64,000 nt of DNA, taken from the NCBI GenBank assembly GCA_013265495.1, contig MU058257.1, forward strand, positions 1,567,262-1,631,261, in the 5' to 3' direction. The notes below the pieces were generated by a model. The model made no database searches, was not told the DNA's origin, and worked only from the letters and a program-made list of their open reading frames with translations. Shown piece after piece: positions 55,646 to 64,000 of the stretch. The DNA comes from Vicugna vicugna (Eukaryota). The position numbers and the translations under genes were made by a program. Numbering within the stretch: the stretch's first letter is position 1; every line of letters begins with the position of its first letter.

Positions 55646-55978
55646 ACGCCCCTCTGTAAGCGGGGATCCTGCCACATTGGGGACTCAAAGGTCGGAGCTC
55701 TGACTGGTCCATAGCCTTCTCACCAGCATGGCCCTCAAGCTCTCACAGGAGGGGGCCGCAGACGCCCCTGAGCTGCACGCGCTCACACCGACCTAGTCAC
55801 CACGCAGTGACTCATCCAAGGCTTAGGAAGGTCATGAAAAAACCTAAATAAGACTGAGACAAGTCCCCCCCAGCCAAGACTGGCAAGTAAACAGGACTTT
55901 AACTTCATCACAATTTATTTTATCATTAGGGGATGTGTGGGAAGGGAGGGCAGAGCACACGGAACGGGGGCTCCATGG

Positions 55979-56162
55979 AGTGTGAGTGTGTGTGTGTGCA
56001 CATGGGTGCTGTGTGTGTGCTGTGTGTGCACATGGGTGCTGTGTTCTGTGTTGCTGTGTGCGCATGTCTGCTGTGTGTGCGTGTGTGTTGTGTGTGTTGT
56101 AAGTGCACGTGGGTGCTGTGTGTCATGTGTGCTGTGAGTGTGTGTGCCCATACATGTGTGTG
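55979..56162. repeat. TG-rich compound micro/minisatellite
   Basis: Repeated unit tgtgtgcacatgggtgctgtg embedded in (TG)n. Confidence 0.9.
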
Positions 56163-56569
56163 AAACCAAAAACTTCGTATCTACGTAGGGAACACTTACT
56201 TGGACTAACAGGTTCAGTCTACACTGTCACACAACACGTCACTACAATCCTGTGAAACAGGCTGTATTTTCACTGTTGAACAGGCAGTCTGGGGCAGTGA
56301 AGCCTGGAGTAAAAAGCCCCCTTCCTCTCGGGGACAGCCGCCCACCTGGCCGAAACAGGTCACCCCTGAGATCCCCCCGCTCCACCTCACACTTCGAGTT
56401 ACGTCCGTGGCTCCAGATCGTCACTGGTGTTAACATGCCCCGGGGCCGTTCTGTGGAATGCTGGTTCCTGGGCCCCGCCCAGAAAGGCTGGAAACCGGGC
56501 TGAGGCTACCAGCACTTCCCGAGGCTCTGCAGGCAAGGCTACTTGTCGCCAGCGGGGGAACCTCCCATC

Positions 56570-56680
56570 TAGACTGAGAGCCCCCACGCCTGCCCTCAGA
56601 GAGCTCGTCGGACACACAGATTCTGACTCTGCGGGTCCTGGGTGGGGCCCGGGAGTCCACATTCCTGACAAGCCCCCAAG
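56570..56680. mobile_element. MER5-like (hAT) fragment
   Basis: cagattctgactctgcgggtcctgggtggggcccgggagtccacattcctgacaagc resembles the MER5A core. Confidence 0.6.
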
Positions 56681-57859
56681 TCCCTCCCTGTGCGCCAGCC
56701 AAGCAGCCTTGCCAGCTACACAAGTTGGGTTCCTCAGTCACCCCGGCCTCATTTCAAGGACTCAACAGCTGTGTGGGCTCCCCCAGGGCACAAAACCCAC
56801 GTCTCTAAACTTTTATGTACTGAACAATTCTGTCAGACCCTGAATTCAGCTACACAAAATACAGTTAAAGAATCATTCATTTTACACTCGGTTTTATTTA
56901 CTTTTAATCACTAAGAAAGGATGAGAGCTGAGGCAGCCCTGCTTCTTCCTAACTTTAATTTGAAAATATATAGAAGGAAAATTTTTCAACGTATTAGATC
57001 TAGGGCAAATAACCCGCATTTTCTAAGATCTCATTGGACATTTTTATGTAGTATTTTAATGTTTATATTTGCACATTTGGGGAATCATATTACAAGCTCA
57101 TGACTCCCCAAAGAAATAAATATTTACATAAGAGTTTTATTAAAGTGCTATATTTGGAATGAACCCTCTGTGACAATTCAAATCCTACTGCAGTTTTGTA
57201 TACAACATGGAAAATTCCCGTAATAATCAAAGGGAAACAACCCTCTGTGCGTTACTTTATAAAAAACCAAACTGCTCGGCTGCTTTTTAACTGAGGAGAT
57301 AAAGCACTCGAATATCGATAAAACATTTCTAATATTTAAGAAGCACTTTGACAACCATAAAGCCACGAACTTCACCCGTCACTGACAGCCTGACAAGCGA
57401 GCAAGCAGAATGCAACCCCACAGCGGTTTCCTAGGCAACAGGCAGATACGACGGACCAGTGGGAAACACACAAAGGAGGAAACGCATCACGGTGTTTCCA
57501 GTGGGCTCGAGAAACACACTTCAATTGTCAAAATGCCACAAACACGACAACACTGAAAATCATTTCACTGAAAACGATTCAAAGCAGAATGCCATTTTCA
57601 TTACAGCAAATGAGGTGTGGAAAAACAGAAAAATTAGGTTCCCTTCCCTGGCTCTGAATTAAGTGGGGATGGTAATCAATCTTGTTTGATTTTATAAAAT
57701 TTATCTACATTAGTACAGACTTCTAATGTGCCTCCTCAGTGCTCTCTGCAAATGTGACCACACATCGACTCAGCACGCAGGACACGAGTCACCTGGGGAG
57801 TCAGGGAGGCCCAGGGCACCGCACGTTGGGGCGTCCTTGGTCATGGAGACGTGCTCACA

Positions 57860-58022
57860 CCGGCTCGGGTCTCCCTTCCCGGCAAACTGCACGCTTCCCG
57901 ACACAGACGGCAGCAGCACCAGTGTGGCCGTGCTCCCACCTGGATTCTGACCTTCGTCTCTAACAAGAAGGGCTTCCATTCCATCTCACAAGCCCTTCCG
58001 GCTCTAACAGCTTTTGAGGTTT
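57860..58022 (+). mobile_element. MIR3-like fragment
   Basis: atctcacaagcccttccggctctaaca resembles the MIR3 3' end. Confidence 0.4.
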
Positions 58023-60699
58023 AGAAATAAAGTACAGAAGGGCTGTTTTGTCTAGAAACACTGAGTACAAAACAAACTCTGTATTCTCCACCAGTTAAAA
58101 CTTTTTCTTCGCAGGATCTACGCTCTGATGGTTGACCTCGAGAAATACTGGAGGTGTCCTTCTGCGCGGCTACTAAAACATCCCGCGTGCACACCAGCCC
58201 ATGTAACCACGATGGCGTTTCTGGGGCACCGGCATCAGGGGAGCACGCCTGGGCTAACAGAATGCGCCAGACACCCGCGATCTATGTTTTCACACACGTG
58301 TCGCTACAAGCTTGTGAAGTAGTCTCTATTTTCACCAAAAGGGCCTTTTCAGTCAAACGATCAGTCAATTTAGGAACTTAGGCTGAATTGATCAAGTAAT
58401 TCGGGCAAAAGCACCAATCTAGTAGCTGCACGCTGATATCACACACGTGTTTTTCTGAGAACTCGCCTCAATGATTTGGCAAATTAAAGGAATGAAGAGC
58501 AAAATGGGGCGTCCTAACAGGAGCACGCCCACTGTTTTCCCTCCTATCTCGTCGACCCAGCAAAGCCAGACTCGTATGTTCTAATTCATCCCCCAACCAA
58601 TTGTCTGCCCGTGAGTTTTATCAGCTCCCCATCTGACTCCCACATGAGCCCCGTGTTCCTCTGGACCCACTGGGCATCCAGGTGCCCAGGCCCGCACCCC
58701 TCTGTGCTATACAGACGCACTTGTCTCATGTAAAGGCTATTATAACACAAGAAATGCAAGTTAGGAAAAGTTGATAATTTACAAAGAAATACACATACCA
58801 TGAAACAGCAGCAAATGTGTAGGTAGGTACGTTCTTATCAATTAATTTCAATTCCCTTACATTTTCTTCCCTTTTGGCTTTTCATCTTACTCTCCAGATT
58901 CTCTCACTGTTTACTGTTCAGAGCACTGGATACTGGAATAAGCCCTTTCACACGTGATACATACAGAATCAGCTGAAAGAAAACGTAAGCAGTGTGGCCA
59001 CTGAAAGAAAAGTGAGAAGAGTAAATCCTAGGAGAGTCTCACAGGTAAAAGGGCTGAAATCGTGTGCATGTCTGTGAGGATTCCAGCAAAGTCGGCATCT
59101 GGCCACAGAGTCTGACAAGGAAGGAAATGTTCGAAGATTGATCTTGTTTCCCTTTTCACATTAGCTGCCAGGAAGCAAACTCAAAGTTCTGGGGACCTAA
59201 ATGCTATGTGACAGATGGTACAGAAATACTGTACATATACATTTTTCTTTTCCTTTGTCTTTAGTTTTCAACTCCAACTATTTTCCTTTTTCACATTTCT
59301 CTAACCTTCTAATTACTGTTTTTATTGTTATCTTAGGGGTAAACATAAATCCACGTCTACCAGATCGTCAGAGCACGTCTGTAACGCGGCTGGGTCTGCA
59401 CAGGGCAACTGTGCATTTGTACAAAGGGAGGCTTTAATGTATCGAAGTTAACAGGACACACACCGCTGATTTATTCCAACACGGCTAGACCTTAACAGTG
59501 CTAAAAAAAAAAAAAAGTGTGTGTCGAAGAAATTAATGGGCATTTACTTATCCCAAGCAGCAGTGTTCCAATTACACAACACACATTCCACAAGAGGCCT
59601 GGGACTGAACTCTGGTCTTCCTTTATGAAGGGGGAAAAAGAAAGTAACATCAAATCTTTCAACCCTTTGAAACCTCAATTTTCACAAAAATTTCGTATGT
59701 GCGAAAACAAATTATGGGTAAAAATGACCACGACCTGAGGATGGGATCTTTACAAGAGATTAAACAATGGCTTGACAAACCACAATCTTTCGATGCTTGC
59801 ATTTCTGAAAAAAGAGAAAAATGCCTGCCGAAAAGGAACAGTATCAGCACTACACAGATCAATCACAGACTAAGAACACACTGGCTCTCAGAGGGCTGGC
59901 TCTACGGCAAAACACGGTTACTGAATTAAAATATCAGAAATAAACAGGAAGTGTGTTTAGAGGACAGCTACGTCCCTGGGGAAGAGCCAGCAGGGAAAAG
60001 ACCCCACCTGACCCCTCGGCAGAGGGCTGGGTGGCTGGCGTGCAGGGCCACAAGCGTCACCCAGCAAGAGCGGCCAGCACGGGGACAGCGTCAAAGCCAG
60101 GCTGACCTCCACATGTCACACGGCCACAGGCACCGGTACGGAAGCACACGCCAAGAACCCTCCCCGCTCCCCCGCCCGGCCCCGAGTCTGAGCACTGAGG
60201 GCGACAGAGCGGTCTGCTGATACAGACTCACCTCCCGCACTGACCCGTCACACGGTCGCCCAGGACCTCACACCTGGGCTGTCTGCAGTGAGTACTCAGC
60301 ACACCTGCCTTCTTCCACTGTTTTTAATCAGTTCAAAACGAGTGACTTGTCTGTGCATCACACAGGGGACGTCCAGCATTGACTCAAAACATCTTATAAG
60401 ATTAAGGCTTCAGAAATGTTTGAGAGTTGGTTGTTTAAATACTAAAATTTAAATTATATAAATCTATAATTCAATAGATTACATTAAAAGCAGAGATAAT
60501 AAATACTTAAAACACATCACTTCCCAGCCTCTTGACGACATGTTGTTATCGTGTGTGCTGGTGTCTCACTGCTATAAAATTACCAAATCCATGTTCAGTG
60601 ACGTGGCCTTGCTAACCTGAAACTGGCCACGGTGAGAGTGTTCACACCATGGAAACCAGGTCTTCTCTGGTTTTCAGAGATTCAGCTGTTCAACCGTCA

Positions 60700-61900
60700 C
60701 CAGCCCACCAGCAGATCCCAGTCTGGAGCCCAGACAGGCTCCCTGCTCCCCTGGAGTCACCCAAAAGCAACGCACCAGGGGACCACAGGACAAGTCTGCG
60801 GAAGCAGGAGAGACTCAGCAGAAGGTCAGTCCCCGGAGCAGAGCCCTGAGGGACGAGCTGAGGTTCTCTGGGTGGGTCAGGAGGGCCGAGACGATGCTCT
60901 ACCACCTGGGGAAACAGGGGCCTCAGAGCCACGCAGGCTGAGACCCCCGGGACACTCAAGCAAGGGGCTAGTTACAGGGAGAGAAGGCAGGCACAGAACA
61001 GCCCTTGCACACCTGAACAAATCACGCCAACATTAACTGTCTGTTAAGACACTGGGAAGCTACGGAAAGTTCTGAAGCCCTGGGGTGGAAGGAAGACTCA
61101 TGGGTTCGCCACCATCACCCTTGTTACGTGCAGAAGGGACCAAGGGCTGCCTGAGGGGACGTGGGGAGACCGGCCAGACAGGCCCGGGGCCACGTGCTCC
61201 GGTGACTCGGCACCAAGAGAGGGACTCTGAGTTTGCAGCAGGGAACGTTTTCCTCCATTAATCATTAAATGCACACTCAACTCTACCACTGGAAACGTTA
61301 TTAAACACGAGCAAGAAATGATAAGCTCCAGAACGTGAGACAAGGAACTAAAGATGTGTGCCAAGTTCAAACATTATTTCCACACGTCCATGATCGTGAC
61401 CCCACCGCGGAGACTAGCAGGGATGCCGGCCGTGGAACAGGAGATGCAGGCCGTGAAGTCAGAGGACCTGGTGAGGCTGTGGGAGCTGGGCCAAGCCCAT
61501 GAAGTCAGACCTCCCCAGACCCCGGCAGCCCTGGCTGGGACCAAAGTCCCTCGTGGTGGCTGGAAAGACAGCACGGTGGCCTGGCACAGTTTTCTGGCCA
61601 TTCAGTTTCACCAGGTGCACGTGTAAGTGCTAAGCTCACAAACTGAGACCACGACTTCAACAATCACAAGAAGACCTGACCTCGAAGCCCTGGCTGCCAG
61701 CCCCTGTGAGAGCACCCGTGATGGTTGTGAGGAACCCCTGCAAACATCAGCGCATTGGCAGCTCTGGACCTGGCCTCGTCCTGCGGGCCAAGAGGAACGC
61801 CTGCCCGCCCTCGGGCACCTGCCAGGTGAGACCACATTACACAGGGCCACGGTGCCCACGGGAACACGTGTCTTCCAGTCTTCTAGTCACCTACAAGGTC
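60700..61900 (-). mobile_element. Long degraded L2 (GC-enriched)
   Basis: gagccctgagggacgag...cactgggaagctacggaaagttctgaagc...atcacccttg...tggggagacc, L2-like succession of motifs. Confidence 0.5.
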
Positions 61901-63619
61901 CATCAGAGTCCAAATAAAGGAAACGTGGAGTCGGCTTGAAAAGCCCACGCTGATTAATGCCCTCAGAAAGGGCACTTTCTGTCCCAAATAACCCACACTA
62001 GATTCACTACAGTTACAGGCACCACTCTGAAAACGGAAATTGGACCAAGATGCTCTTAATTATTCTAACTTACTTTCAGGCTTAGCAAAATAAAACCAGT
62101 GCACCCAAAGAGCAGCCTGAGTGCCCTCTCCCGTGAACAGGACAAGGCTGCTCAGAGAAATGGCCAACCGCACACGTGGAGAACATGTGAGCGTGGAACA
62201 CACGTGGCAGAAAGCGTGGAACACACGCTGCTCTCAGGAGCCGATGTAGAGGTCACGCTACCACCAACACGGGCAACGTGAGCGTCAATAAGATAACGAT
62301 GCAGCAGACTAAAGCCGTAACTGCATTAATGCTCACGAGTTCTCAACGACTTTCTCAGAGAGAAAAAGGACTAAACCAGCAGGATGTTAGCCAAGAGAAC
62401 AAACTCATTACTCTGAAAACCAGCGGAGAAGAGACAGAACGAGGCATCTGGCCTGTTCTTCCTGGACAGAGGGCATCGCAGGGAAACAAACCGGTGGATA
62501 AAAAAAAGCATCTTAATAGAAATAGTCTGGTCAGTAAATGGAAGAACTGGATTATCAACATACTGCAAACACTGAAAAGGTAAGACTGGATCTACACAGT
62601 GCTCACCAGGCGTCAGCAGCGCCGCCAACGCCACCGATCAGACACGGCCGGGCTTCACGCAGCTGCTGACTGACCCACACACCACCTGGGGGCTCTGCCG
62701 TCCAGAAGTCAAGCCAGAATCCCATCAAGTCTACATCTAACAAGGACGCATCTATGAGGAACCCAGTGGGCCTCCCTGGGACAGGCGCCCCTGGAGAAGC
62801 ACCTGGACACCCGGCGACGAGGGAGGCGTGTTCACAGCCCGACCCGTCGCTCAGACGTCCCCACACAGTCTCTCCTCCGCGTGACGCGCCCCTTCCTGCC
62901 GCCTGAAGATGGGCTTTCTTGTTGGACATACGCTGTGCGTTCTTAACGTGTTCCCAGCTGTGTTACCTTTACCAGTTTTACAGTGTCGGTAACCATTCCT
63001 GCCTCTGATAAACAGGAAGTAAAACTCAGTGCATAAGCTACGTTTCCACACAAAGGCAAGTCCTCAGGGCCAAGGAAAACACACCAGCCAAGGGCAAAAA
63101 GAAGTGGGAAAGAAAGAAGCGGTGGGGCGGCGGGGAAAGGAGTCTGCAAACCTGCTCTTCCCTCGACCTCAGCAGGCCTGACGGACCCGAGGGCTTTGCG
63201 CCTCACAGAGCCTGCGGCGTGGAGGCCCCAAGGTGGTGCTGAGAGCCTGCACCGACCTTTCCAGTGACCGAGGACCACCTGCTACGAAGGCCCAAGTCCA
63301 TCCAGTCACGCGGGGCAGAGTTTCTAGAAAACACTCCTGTGCCCAGTGGCCCGACAGTGCCTGTTGTTAAGTGCGTGCACACATACTGCAGACATATGCG
63401 GGAAGGTTATTTTTAATTAAGTGCTTCCATGTAGGAAGCAAACGGTTATTCTGCCGAATGCAAACTCGGAAATAATGATGTCAGACAGGAAGTGCAAAGA
63501 TGCTCTGACTCTGAGTGGGTGTTTGAAATGCCCCAGGGGACCCCCACATACAGGACGTGGCCACACATTTTCGCCAGTGACTCCGCTTGTCTTGAAGGTG
63601 GGGTGAGGCCTGAAGCACA

Positions 63620-63710
63620 GACTATGCTGATTCACTCCACTGAGCCTCAGTTTCCCAACAGTAGACACAGGGGAGGTGGACCTGCAAGTGTCCTAACTGC
63701 TCCATTGTCC
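63620..63710 (+). mobile_element. MIR core fragment
   Basis: ctgagcctcagtttcccaacagta. Confidence 0.55.
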
Positions 63711-64000
63711 AAAGGTGGGGACACCTGCCCCCAGTGTCCCTGCAATGCGGCACACTGACCGCCTGCGGGGGGGAGCCATGCACAGGTCTCCGTTTTCACG
63801 TGCTCCGTGGAAGGAGAGGATTCTTGGGAAAGCAGGCAGACATAAATGACACGATGTGCTGAAAAGACTATGACGTCACCTTGTGGGGCACTGGGTTCCA
63901 ATGCAGAGATCACAGACAAAATGTTTCAGCCCAATGAAACAAGTGATCGCTTACATTCTATTGGTGTTTTAAAACCTAACATTTCTTGTGTTCTGATATG

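Noticed and set aside
55844..56169. His/Thr- and Cys/Val-rich ORFs
   Set aside because: Translation of the TG-rich simple repeat.

Overview
Mammalian genomic DNA, most likely camelid (Vic-1-type tRNA-Ala-derived SINEs and camelid/artiodactyl-type L1 3' UTRs). The whole window appears to lie inside PARD3 (Par-3 polarity scaffold) on the minus strand. Two coding exons are visible: 46872-47050 (179 nt, [13 protein letters not shown]..., equivalent to human exon 4) and 27603-27734 (132 nt, [11 protein letters not shown]...KQEQ, equivalent to human exon 5). The rest is intron filled with repeats: young L1s with target-site duplications (TSDs), one with a twin-priming 5' inversion; SINEs; an ERV1-type solo LTR; Charlie1 and MER47 DNA transposons; ancient L2/MIR/L1M fragments; microsatellites; and a 567-N assembly gap. 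Nearly all ORF-track entries are chance or repeat-derived. I see no evidence of a novel biological system. The most notable item is a gene-sense solo LTR with an intact promoter (5 phased CCAAT boxes, octamer, TATA, polyA signal). Family names and human comparisons are from recollection, not from searches.
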